NCBI RefSeq assembly: GCF_056712565.1
Contig: NZ_CM160072.1
Direction: 5' to 3' (one strand)
DNA length: 64,000 bases
The first letter of the stretch is position 1. Each line of letters begins with the position of its first letter. The notes under the pieces were generated by a model that was given only the letters and a program-made list of their open reading frames with translations, searched no databases and was not told the DNA's origin. This document shows, piece by piece, positions 9,589-17,998 of the stretch. The translations under genes and the position numbers were made by a program.

Positions 9589-11805
9589 ATGGAACTTAGA
9601 TTAAAAAATGTTACCAGTTATAAGAAAGACGCCTTCACAATACTGAATCTTGAAAAAAGAGTAAACATACTATACGGCCAAAATGGTTGTGGCAAATCTA
9701 CCATTTCAAATTATTTCTACGACTCTACACACACAGATTATAACGAGTGTGAATGTACCCTTCTTGACAATTACAAACCTCTTGTTTACAACACTAAATT
9801 TATTGAAGATAACTTCTATAATGCACAGGAACAAAAAGGTGTTTTTACATTAAGTAAAGAAAATGCAGATATTGAAAAACAATTAATTGAAAAAGAAGCA
9901 ATTAAACAGCAACTCACAGAGCAATATAGACAAAAAAAAGGAGTGTTATTGAAATTAGAAGCAGAAATGGAAAAAAAAGAAAATGAATACATCGAATCGA
10001 TCTGGAAAAAAACAGAACCAATCAGAAACTCTGTACTAAAAACCTTAATGAAAGGTAAAGTTGGCTATAAAAGACCTTTTTTTGAGATGATAAAATCATC
10101 CTCACCAATCACCTTTATTAATTTAAATGATATAGCAAAAGAATACTCTATACTATTAGAAAATAGAAACAATGAAACCGCATTAATAACTCCTTTACAT
10201 CCATATACCCCATCAATTGATGATGTAAATACATTAGCAACACCTATAATAGATACAAGCAATAGCTATTTATCAGAAACCATTAATAAACTTCATAATC
10301 TTGACTGGGTAAAAAAAGGTAAAGAACATTATTTAGACGGTTCTACATGTCCGTTTTGTCAGGAAAAAACTATTAGTCACGAATTTTTAAATGCCCTTAA
10401 ATCAATATTTGACGAAAGTTATTCAAAGAAAGTAAAACAGCTCTCAGATATAAAGTCAGTTTATGAGAAAAATACCATATATCATTTTAACGAAATACAA
10501 AACAATATATCATCATGTGCACTAATCAATGAGAAAGATAAAGAGAACATTATTTCCAATATTAAAATATTGCAAAACATTGCAGAAAAAAATTTAATAA
10601 ACATTATTGATAAGATCAACAATCCATCAACATGCGTTACATTAGAAATTGATAAAGAACTAGAAAATCATGTTCAGGAAAGCATAGGCGCTGTTAACAA
10701 GAAAATAAGAGACATAAATGATAAGGTTAAAAAACTCAAAGAGTATGAGAATAAAATCGGAAAACAAGTTTGGGGGGCTCTCCATGCTTTTTGCAGCGAT
10801 GATTTAGAGAATTTATCCAAACACAAAGAAAAATTCTTTGATATCAAAAAGAAAGTTCATGATGAATTAAATAATATTGAGCAACAAGGAAAAGAAAATA
10901 ATCTCACAATAAAAGCATTGCGAGATAAAATATCTAACATTGATTCTACGATAGACTCAATAAACACCCATTTAAAAAATCTAGGGATCTCTGGTTTTTG
11001 TATTGAAAAACATGCAGAAAGAAAAGATATGTACATTATATCTCGACCAGGGCATACAAAAAACCAAAATGTTTATAGATCTCTTAGCGAAGGTGAAAAA
11101 ACACTAATAACGTTTCTTTATTTTTTAGAGTGCTGTAAAGGTAAAACCGATAAAAATGATACCGATAGCAGGGATATTTTTATTGTTATTGACGATCCAA
11201 TATCTAGTCTATCGCAAAACTATGTCTACGACATCGCATCAATTATTCATCACCACATTATAAAAAATGAATTAACAAAGAAGGTATTAATCCTTACTCA
11301 CAATCTTTATTTCTTTCATGAACTTATTAAGCTATCTCCTAAAAGCAGAGAAGACAAACTATTTAAGAAAAACTATTATCTAGGTAGAGTAACGAAAAAT
11401 GATTTTAGTATAATTACTGAAATACAAAAAAACAGCATACAGAATGAATATCAATCTTTGTGGCAAATATTAAAAGATGCAAAAGATGGCAAAGCAAACA
11501 AAATCATAATACCGAATATTATGAGAAACATACTAGAATATTATTTTGCATTTGTTCATAGAACAGATGCTCTACAAGATGAATTAACAAAGTTGGCACG
11601 CGACGATAGCAACAGTGATTTCAAAGCATTCTACAGATACATTAACAGAGGTTCTCACTCTGATGCGGTAAATATTACTGATATGGGCGACATAGACCCA
11701 GATAAATACCTAAAACAATTGAGAACAATATTTTCAGCTACTGGTGACGAAATGCATTATTTAAAAATGATGGACGAACTAGAAGAGGAAAACGTTACCG
11801 CTTAG
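9589..11805 (+). CDS. ABC-type ATPase with coiled-coil/zinc-hook insertion and C-terminal effector-like domain; RloC/PrrC-like candidate anticodon nuclease (stand-alone defence gene)
   Basis: 738-aa ORF; Walker A GQNGCGKST, CPFC in a K/E/N-rich insert, LSEGEK signature, IFIVIDDP Walker B, LILTHN H-loop, C-terminal RNILE...H; strongly AT-rich relative to flanking prophage; sits in the P2 cos-A accessory position. Confidence 0.55.
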   Translation: MELRLKNVTSYKKDAFTILNLEKRVNILYGQNGCGKSTISNYFYDSTHTDYNECECTLLDNYKPLVYNTKFIEDNFYNAQEQKGVFTLSKENADIEKQLIEKEAIKQQLTEQYRQKKGVLLKLEAEMEKKENEYIESIWKKTEPIRNSVLKTLMKGKVGYKRPFFEMIKSSSPITFINLNDIAKEYSILLENRNNETALITPLHPYTPSIDDVNTLATPIIDTSNSYLSETINKLHNLDWVKKGKEHYLDGSTCPFCQEKTISHEFLNALKSIFDESYSKKVKQLSDIKSVYEKNTIYHFNEIQNNISSCALINEKDKENIISNIKILQNIAEKNLINIIDKINNPSTCVTLEIDKELENHVQESIGAVNKKIRDINDKVKKLKEYENKIGKQVWGALHAFCSDDLENLSKHKEKFFDIKKKVHDELNNIEQQGKENNLTIKALRDKISNIDSTIDSINTHLKNLGISGFCIEKHAERKDMYIISRPGHTKNQNVYRSLSEGEKTLITFLYFLECCKGKTDKNDTDSRDIFIVIDDPISSLSQNYVYDIASIIHHHIIKNELTKKVLILTHNLYFFHELIKLSPKSREDKLFKKNYYLGRVTKNDFSIITEIQKNSIQNEYQSLWQILKDAKDGKANKIIIPNIMRNILEYYFAFVHRTDALQDELTKLARDDSNSDFKAFYRYINRGSHSDAVNITDMGDIDPDKYLKQLRTIFSATGDEMHYLKMMDELEEENVTA

Positions 11806-11833
11806 GCCGCATATTATCGTTTTGGGTAAGAAC

Positions 11834-11853
11834 GACGGTGCTTACGCACCGTC
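11834..11853. terminator. Hairpin downstream of cargo gene (possible weak or bidirectional terminator)
   Basis: GACGGTGC-ttac-GCACCGTC perfect 8-bp stem; no clear T-run. Confidence 0.3.
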
Positions 11854-12028
11854 TCCCAACGCCCAAAGCGGTAGCGGTTGTACTGGCGTACATTCACTAG
11901 CTTTAACATGAGGCAATCTCCATGCCAGCACTATTGTTGCCAATAGCAGCCTTTATACCCTTTGTACAAAGCTAATACCAAGAGTAATGCAAAGTAGATG
12001 TCCCAAGCGGTAACGGGGCTATTCTATG

Positions 12029-14320
12029 TCAAACACAGAAAAAATCAAAGCGCCCTATGAATCCCCCCCAACCATCAGCGACCGGATACGTGAATTTTTT
12101 CCCGTCATAATTTACGGTCGCTCCACGCGCCAGCGCCTCAAGCTCCCATCGCTGCGGCATGATACCGTTCTGAGCAAGGTCAACGCGGATACGGGTGATT
12201 TGCAATCGTTCAGACCTGGTCAGTCTGGCAGATGGTGCAATTTCATGCGGTTTTAACGGGCTTCCGTTTCTTTGCTGACGGTTTGGCGTTCTCAGGTCGT
12301 ATTTTAATGCGCCCCTGAGCGCCCTCACGACCTCCGGTTCATTCCATTCAATAACACCGTCATCAACCAGATTAAGCACTGCTGCGGCGTGCTCAGAAGG
12401 TGTGGGAGCCGGTAACGAAGTATCACCACCGGTGAGCTTTCCACAGTTATTGACAGGACTCCGAGGCGCGGCGATGCCGCTTTTTAAAGTCAAAGGCTCA
12501 ACGACCGGAACTTTCGGCACAATGCGCCAGTCCGTCGTTCTGGTGATATGAATATGACGCGCGCCGAGATGCGGCGCGTAAATGCCGACCACTCTCTCGA
12601 CTTCTTCCTCGTACTCGTTAACGTCATCCGACGGGCTACGGGCAACCCTGACAGTCTGACAATCGCGCGGGACATTTGCCCCACCCTGCGCGCTGATATA
12701 CAACGCAAAATCACCACTGTCTGCGGCAGCGCGAGCAGCCTCGACGCGTTCGTCAAACTCATCAGCAATACTGACGCCGCGAGGCAATTTGCGTAGTTCA
12801 CGGTAAGCCCCCATTGTCGGCAGGCCAACCGTTTTAAATTGCGGAATTCGCCACGTTGACGCCCATGCGGTAACAGCCGCAGCAGTATCTTTCAGCGGCC
12901 TGCCGGTATCATTATCGAGCTGACCATCCAGTGCATAGCCATCGATGTTTTTTGAGATGTATTTTGCGATATACCCCGCAGCACCGCCCCGGTTAAGATG
13001 TTTTGCCTGAAAACGGTTTCGCGCGGCTCCTCTTTCGTCGCCATCCTCTTTGAGCGCATAGCGACGCATGATTTCGATAATCTGGTTACGCTGGCGTGGA
13101 TTACAAAAAAGCATCATATGCCAGTGCGGCGTTCCGTCGTGGTGTGGCTCGACGACACGCAAACCGTAGACCTGTAAATCATTATCCTTGAATGCCGTGC
13201 GCATCAGGCTCCAGATATGGCAGAGATAACGCTGCGCATCCTTTGGATTAAATGCCTCATCGTTCCAGCCGTGATTTAGCTGGACGGTTTTACTTTCGCC
13301 TTTTCCGACCTGACGTGTCGGGTGATACTTTGACGGCGCGGTAAGCGTGATAAACATCCCCACATCACCCTCTGCGGCGGCGTAACGCTCAATACCGGCA
13401 ATGGTGTTCATCAGCTCCATCCGGCGAATTTCAGGATTAGAAATACTGCCCATCACCTTACTGATAAGGTCGATGCGTTCGCCGGTTTCCCTGTTTTCAA
13501 GGTCACACGATTTAAGAAATTCCAGATTTGCCTGGCGGCGTGCACGCACATCACGAATGGCATGTTTACTGGCATAAGGTGAACGGTCTTTATTGACCTC
13601 CCCGACAGCAATCAGTAACGCCTCATGCCAGCGCATACGCTGGCCTTTAAGCTGACTAATCCACCACTCATCGTTAAACAGGCGGGCAATGGCAGAATAT
13701 GCCTGCCTCGTGGTCATCTGTCCTTTACGGTATTTTTTCCAGTAGAGCGGGGAAATATTGAAAGCACGTGCAGCGCCAGCAACATGACCATAGAGGTGAG
13801 CCTGCGCCTCATCCGTAAACAGCGATTCTTTTTCGCCATGCGCATCCACCCAGGCATCGCAGAGTTCCTCATACATCATGAAAAGCTGCGATGAGATACG
13901 GGCGGCAAACTTTTTCAGCTCCTTATCATTCATCCCCGGCAGACGCGCATAATGGTCACGCTCTGCCAGAAACAGCAACGACGCGTCGGTGTTCATTTCA
14001 TGGCGCTGATTCACACGCTCAATGCGCGGCCATAAACGACGCTGAAAAGTGGATGTGAGGAAATAAAACCCGTGCACCGGGCTTTTATTGCGCCGGATGT
14101 AGTCATAGCGTGAAGTAAACAGCGAGCGCAAAAAGTAAGGCAGGCGGTTAATCGTGGATAAAACACCTTGCACCTGACGCATCTCGTCACGTGTAAGGGG
14201 TCTTTCGCGCCCGACGGCCTCGCGTGGCGCGTTCCATGCATAAGCACCGGTAAACGTCTTACCGGTGCCTGCGGTAAATGCTGACGGAGGGACAAAACGC
14301 CCGGAGGCTTTAACGGCCAT
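12029..14320 (-). CDS. A: Replication initiation (rolling-circle nicking) protein (P2 gpA)
   Basis: Long ORF; start taken at ATG 14320 (MAVKASGRFVPPSAF...) rather than the ORF-track start at 14362. Confidence 0.9.
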   Translation of the reverse strand: MAVKASGRFVPPSAFTAGTGKTFTGAYAWNAPREAVGRERPLTRDEMRQVQGVLSTINRLPYFLRSLFTSRYDYIRRNKSPVHGFYFLTSTFQRRLWPRIERVNQRHEMNTDASLLFLAERDHYARLPGMNDKELKKFAARISSQLFMMYEELCDAWVDAHGEKESLFTDEAQAHLYGHVAGAARAFNISPLYWKKYRKGQMTTRQAYSAIARLFNDEWWISQLKGQRMRWHEALLIAVGEVNKDRSPYASKHAIRDVRARRQANLEFLKSCDLENRETGERIDLISKVMGSISNPEIRRMELMNTIAGIERYAAAEGDVGMFITLTAPSKYHPTRQVGKGESKTVQLNHGWNDEAFNPKDAQRYLCHIWSLMRTAFKDNDLQVYGLRVVEPHHDGTPHWHMMLFCNPRQRNQIIEIMRRYALKEDGDERGAARNRFQAKHLNRGGAAGYIAKYISKNIDGYALDGQLDNDTGRPLKDTAAAVTAWASTWRIPQFKTVGLPTMGAYRELRKLPRGVSIADEFDERVEAARAAADSGDFALYISAQGGANVPRDCQTVRVARSPSDDVNEYEEEVERVVGIYAPHLGARHIHITRTTDWRIVPKVPVVEPLTLKSGIAAPRSPVNNCGKLTGGDTSLPAPTPSEHAAAVLNLVDDGVIEWNEPEVVRALRGALKYDLRTPNRQQRNGSPLKPHEIAPSARLTRSERLQITRIRVDLAQNGIMPQRWELEALARGATVNYDGKKFTYPVADGWGGFIGRFDFFCV

Positions 14321-14585
14321 ATGAGCCAAAAGCCTCTGAACAACGCTTGCTGAGTTGCTCAACCTGCGCGTTTAAATCAGCAAAAGACTTTGCGCTTCCG
14401 GTCAGAATATCGTGATGCATCAGGCCGGAAACGAGCTGGCTTAATTTCGGGTAATAACCAACCACCGCCAGCCATTCCTGACCGGCGTTTTTACCGCTTT
14501 CCGCTCTCTTTTTCTCGTGGAGAATAAACTGAAAGCTGTCACTGGTAACGACATAACGTTCGCCAATTTCAATACGAATACTCAT
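14310..14585 (-). CDS. P2 early-operon small protein (orf80-83 family)
   Basis: 91-aa ORF immediately upstream of A. Confidence 0.6.
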   Translation of the reverse strand: MSIRIEIGERYVVTSDSFQFILHEKKRAESGKNAGQEWLAVVGYYPKLSQLVSGLMHHDILTGSAKSFADLNAQVEQLSKRCSEAFGSYGR

Positions 14586-14806
14586 GCCGTTCTCCGGTAA
14601 TGTTTGTTTTTTGCTTCAAAGACTGACTGACAGGAAACACAACGCGTGGCTGACGGATAAGCCGCACGACGGGCAGCAGGTATTGGCGCGTCACACTCTT
14701 CGCAAACCAGCGCAGAAGCACCGCAATGTTTTACCCTTGCCGCGTTAATCTGGCGCTCCAGTAATTCAGCCTGTTGTTCCTGAATAAAATCTACGTTGTC
14801 CGGCAT
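14582..14806 (-). CDS. TraR/DksA-type C4 zinc-finger protein of the P2 early operon
   Basis: 74 aa with C-x2-C ... C-x2-C (CEEC ... CVSC). Confidence 0.7.
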   Translation of the reverse strand: MPDNVDFIQEQQAELLERQINAARVKHCGASALVCEECDAPIPAARRAAYPSATRCVSCQSVFEAKNKHYRRTA

Positions 14807-14808
14807 TA

Positions 14809-15111
14809 TCAGCTCCTTTTATCGTTAAGTTTCCTGGATACATCAGCGCAATAACTGGCAAGTTCTGTCGTTAATTTTGTCAGTTCATCCACTGAGGAAA
14901 TTTGCTTGTGGAATACAGCGCGTTTAACAAGTAAATTGACCACATCAGACAGGAGGTTTAATTCATTCTGATAAATCGCGATAACAGATTCAGTGATGTC
15001 GCGTTTTTCTTTATCAAGACAAAGTTGAATAAGAGACAAATCGCCATTTTTCATAACGGCGATTTTTAAGGCGTTATTCAGTAATACAACTGAATGAGAA
15101 CAGGACATCAA
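14809..15111 (-). CDS. P2 early-operon small protein, hypothetical
   Basis: 100-aa ORF, tightly packed in early operon. Confidence 0.6.
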   Translation of the reverse strand: MMSCSHSVVLLNNALKIAVMKNGDLSLIQLCLDKEKRDITESVIAIYQNELNLLSDVVNLLVKRAVFHKQISSVDELTKLTTELASYCADVSRKLNDKRS

Positions 15112-15332
15112 AGTACCTCCCCGCGAGACAATCCGATATTGTGAAATTTTTCCGACTCCTGACTGAGCAGCTCGACTATCTCCACGCGGGATAACTCCGC
15201 CTTTGTGATATGGCGAATCATGGCGTCAAGATGAGAAGAAAAGCGCGTCGCAGCGTCGGCCTGTGCTTCGGTTCTGGCCTGTTGCAGCAGTAATGCGTAT
15301 TTACCGCACTGATTTTCAGAAACTGTATGCAT
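15108..15332 (-). CDS. P2 early-operon small protein, hypothetical
   Basis: 74-aa ORF, overlapping stop/start with neighbour. Confidence 0.6.
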   Translation of the reverse strand: MHTVSENQCGKYALLLQQARTEAQADAATRFSSHLDAMIRHITKAELSRVEIVELLSQESEKFHNIGLSRGEVL

Positions 15333-15395
15333 GACTTTCTCCGGGCAAAAAGAAGCCCCGCACGATTAAGCGCGTTAAAAACTCTGGTTAATTAC

Positions 15396-15902
15396 TTAAT
15401 GCAGATATTGCTCTGGTTTTACCGACGTCAGAATTGTCGGTGCATACTCAAACAGACTGAATAATTCACGTAATGCACGGAATAAAGCATCACGCCAGTA
15501 ACATGATTCCTCATTAATTCGCCAGTATGGCTGGTTAAATTCTTTTTCTGTCAGTCGTGCGTGCATAAATAAAGTGCGACGCTGACTGACTGTTAAAAAA
15601 CTAATATATGCATACTCACTTGCGCCAACCTGACGGCGTTTTGAGAATGCCCCACGCAACTCATCAATTGCACATACCAGTCGTTCACGTTCGACGTCGT
15701 TCATTTCTTCAAAACGCATCGTTGCGTGACGCTGTTTTAACTGCGCATGAAAGCAAACCGTTAGCCGTTCGCGCTCCATCATCTGATTATAATAATCACA
15801 TGTATCCTGCCAGCGAGGAACGGCAAGATGCTTACCAATTATCCGGCGCATAGCTGCTGGCTGTTTTTCAACGAGATTGAGCGTCATCACTGTCATTTCC
15901 AT
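15396..15902 (-). CDS. B: Replication protein B
   Basis: 168-aa ORF (possible real start at 15896, MTVMTLNL...); P2 position between cox and the small ORFs. Confidence 0.8.
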   Translation of the reverse strand: MEMTVMTLNLVEKQPAAMRRIIGKHLAVPRWQDTCDYYNQMMERERLTVCFHAQLKQRHATMRFEEMNDVERERLVCAIDELRGAFSKRRQVGASEYAYISFLTVSQRRTLFMHARLTEKEFNQPYWRINEESCYWRDALFRALRELFSLFEYAPTILTSVKPEQYLH

Positions 15903-16063
15903 ACCCTCCGGCTTTTCAGAAAGGTCAGAGCCTTTTTTAACGGACTCTGTTTTTTGGTGCGGATAATGATTCCCTTACGCCCCTTACCGTGGGTGATGGT
16001 GAAGTCAATCGCCCTGGGGCTTTCGTTACGCAATAACTGAGCAATACAACGAGGCTCGTTCAT
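15893..16063 (-). CDS. P2 orf78-like small protein
   Basis: 56 aa from ATG 16063 preceded by AAGGAG; lies between cox and B. Confidence 0.5.
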   Translation of the reverse strand: MNEPRCIAQLLRNESPRAIDFTITHGKGRKGIIIRTKKQSPLKKALTFLKSRRVWK

Positions 16064-16073
16064 ACGGTTCTCC

Positions 16074-16349
16074 TTAACGTGGTTCACCGAGACCTAACCA
16101 CATCAACCAGCCGTCACGAATCTCTTTAGGGCGGCTTTCATAAGCCAGTTTTAGTCCGTTATTCCATGCCGGAAGGTATACCCAATATTCACCTGCACGA
16201 CCTGAAGCTGATTGTGGATCGGTCATATCAATTACAGGCAGCTTTCCTTTATCGATCATCCGACGAACCGCTCCTGTCGATTTTCCTATTAGTTTTGCGA
16301 ACTCCTGATAAGGAATCGCATCAGTCATGAGTGTTACTTGCTTGCTCAT
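16074..16349 (-). CDS. cox: Cox (excisionase / transcriptional regulator)
   Basis: 91 aa, divergent from C. Confidence 0.85.
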   Translation of the reverse strand: MSKQVTLMTDAIPYQEFAKLIGKSTGAVRRMIDKGKLPVIDMTDPQSASGRAGEYWVYLPAWNNGLKLAYESRPKEIRDGWLMWLGLGEPR

Positions 16350-16463
16350 GTCGTCCCCCAGCCCTCATGAATTGCGTTTAATGCCTTATAATGCCTTTTA
16401 GTGCCCACATCCAAGCACTAAACAATCTACATCTAAACTAAATACCATTGAGATCTAAACACC
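16350..16463. promoter_or_regulatory. P2 immunity switch: Pe/Pc promoter region with two direct-repeat operator half-sites ATCTAAAC (16431-16438 and 16453-16460)
   Basis: Two identical 8-mers spaced 22 bp between divergent cox and C; TATAAT at 16386-16391. Confidence 0.5.
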
Positions 16464-16763
16464 ATGTCAAACACGATAAGCGAGAAGATAGTCTTAATGC
16501 GAAAATCAGAGTATTTGAGCAGACAACAACTTGCTGATTTAACAGGGGTTCCGTATGGCACGCTGAGTTACTATGAAAGTGGTCGTTCAACACCTCCAAC
16601 AGATGTCATGATGAACATCCTGCAGACCCCACAATTCACCAAATACACTTTATGGTTCATGACCAATCAGGTCGCTCCTGAGTCCGGGCAAATTGCGCCC
16701 GCTCTCGCACACTTTGGGCAAAACGAAACAACGTCGCCCCACTCCGGTCAAAAGACTGGTTAA
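16464..16763 (+). CDS. C: Immunity repressor C
   Basis: 99 aa MSNTISEKIVLMRKSEYLSRQQLADLTGVPYGTLSYYESG..., helix-turn-helix. Confidence 0.9.
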   Translation: MSNTISEKIVLMRKSEYLSRQQLADLTGVPYGTLSYYESGRSTPPTDVMMNILQTPQFTKYTLWFMTNQVAPESGQIAPALAHFGQNETTSPHSGQKTG

Positions 16764-16878
16764 CAATTTATCGTGAATATATTCATCACAAGTGCCTACT
16801 ATTGGTGGCTAAATTTCAGCCACCACGAAAAAAGCGATTAGTAGTAGCAAAAAAAAGTACCACTCGGAGGGTTTTCTG

Positions 16879-17892
16879 ATGGCAATCAAAAAACTCGATG
16901 ATGGTCGATATGAAGTGGACATCCGCCCTACTGGACGTAACGGAAAACGCATCCGTAGGAAGTTTGATAAGAAAAGCGAAGCTGTCGCTTTCGAAAAATA
17001 CACGTTGTACAACCACCACAATAAAGAATGGCTATCAAAACCAACAGACAAACGACGTCTGTCGGAACTGACACAGATCTGGTGGGATTTAAAGGGTAAA
17101 CACGAAGAGCATGGGAAATCTAATCTTGGAAAAATTGAAATCTTCACAAAAATAACGAATGACCCATGCGCATTTCAAATCACGAAATCCCTTATCAGCC
17201 AGTACTGCGCCACCCGAAGAAGCCAGGGTATTAAACCTTCGAGTATCAATCGTGATTTAACATGTATTAGCGGCATGTTTACAGCCCTGATTGAAGCGGA
17301 GTTATTCTTTGGTGAGCACCCTATCAGAGGGACAAAGAGGCTTAAGGAGGAAAAACCAGAAACAGGCTATCTCACACAGGAAGAAATTGCCTTACTGCTT
17401 GCAGCACTTGACGGCGACAATAAAAAGATTGCGATTCTTTGCCTGAGTACAGGAGCACGTTGGGGAGAAGCAGCTCGTTTGAAAGCAGAAAATATCATCC
17501 ATAACCGCGTCACGTTTGTTAAAACGAAAACAAACAAACCACGCACCGTCCCGATTTCAGAGGCTGTTGCCAAAATGATCGCGGATAACAAACGAGGTTT
17601 TTTATTCCCTGATGCTGATTACCCTCGCTTCAGACGAACAATGAAAGCAATAAAACCGGATTTGCCAATGGGGCAAGCCACACATGCACTAAGGCACAGC
17701 TTTGCCACTCATTTCATGATTAATGGAGGAAGTATTATCACGCTACAACGGATACTAGGTCACACGCGGATTGAGCAAACTATGGTTTACGCTCATTTTG
17801 CGCCAGAGTACCTTCAGGACGCCATTTCTCTTAATCCGCTAAGAGGTGGTACTGAGGCCGAGAGTGTCCACACAGTGTCCACAGTAGAGTAA
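16879..17892 (+). CDS. int: Tyrosine integrase
   Basis: 337 aa with C-terminal R...H-x-x-R...Y catalytic signature (HALRHSFATH ... MVYAHF). Confidence 0.95.
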   Translation: MAIKKLDDGRYEVDIRPTGRNGKRIRRKFDKKSEAVAFEKYTLYNHHNKEWLSKPTDKRRLSELTQIWWDLKGKHEEHGKSNLGKIEIFTKITNDPCAFQITKSLISQYCATRRSQGIKPSSINRDLTCISGMFTALIEAELFFGEHPIRGTKRLKEEKPETGYLTQEEIALLLAALDGDNKKIAILCLSTGARWGEAARLKAENIIHNRVTFVKTKTNKPRTVPISEAVAKMIADNKRGFLFPDADYPRFRRTMKAIKPDLPMGQATHALRHSFATHFMINGGSIITLQRILGHTRIEQTMVYAHFAPEYLQDAISLNPLRGGTEAESVHTVSTVE

Positions 17893-17971
17893 CGTTTAAG
17901 GGCTTTCAGTGGTAATTTATGCCGCTCAAACCCGCATTGTACCGTTGAAAGCCCCTACTGGTGACACCCTA

Positions 17972-17998
17972 AATCTCCCTTACACGGGCTTATTTTTT
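17972..17998. other. P2 att core (prophage end, int-proximal)
   Basis: aatctcccttacacgggcttatttttt is the reverse complement of the 27-nt P2 core AAAAAATAAGCCCGTGTAAGGGAGATT as I recall it; 80 nt downstream of int. Confidence 0.55.

Larger units (their letters stand above)
1..17998. mobile_element. P2-type (Peduovirus) prophage, portion from tail-completion gene S to the int-proximal att core; continues beyond window start
   Basis: Collinear P2 gene order S-R-lysCBA-K-Y-X-L-M-N-O / P-Q / cos / cargo / A-small ORFs-B-cox / C-int with P2-like lengths and N-termini; cos and att core sequences recognisable. Confidence 0.9.

Noticed and set aside
9589-11805. Possibility that the cargo gene is the classical P2 old gene
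   Set aside because: Old is shorter as I recall and pairs its ABC ATPase with a TOPRIM nuclease domain; here there is a long coiled-coil insertion with CxxC and no evident TOPRIM-like acidic motif. A profile search is needed to be certain.
12026-12256. 76-aa plus-strand ORF at the edge of the cargo interval
   Set aside because: Runs antisense through the 3' end of gene A; not AT-rich like the cargo gene; no SD.
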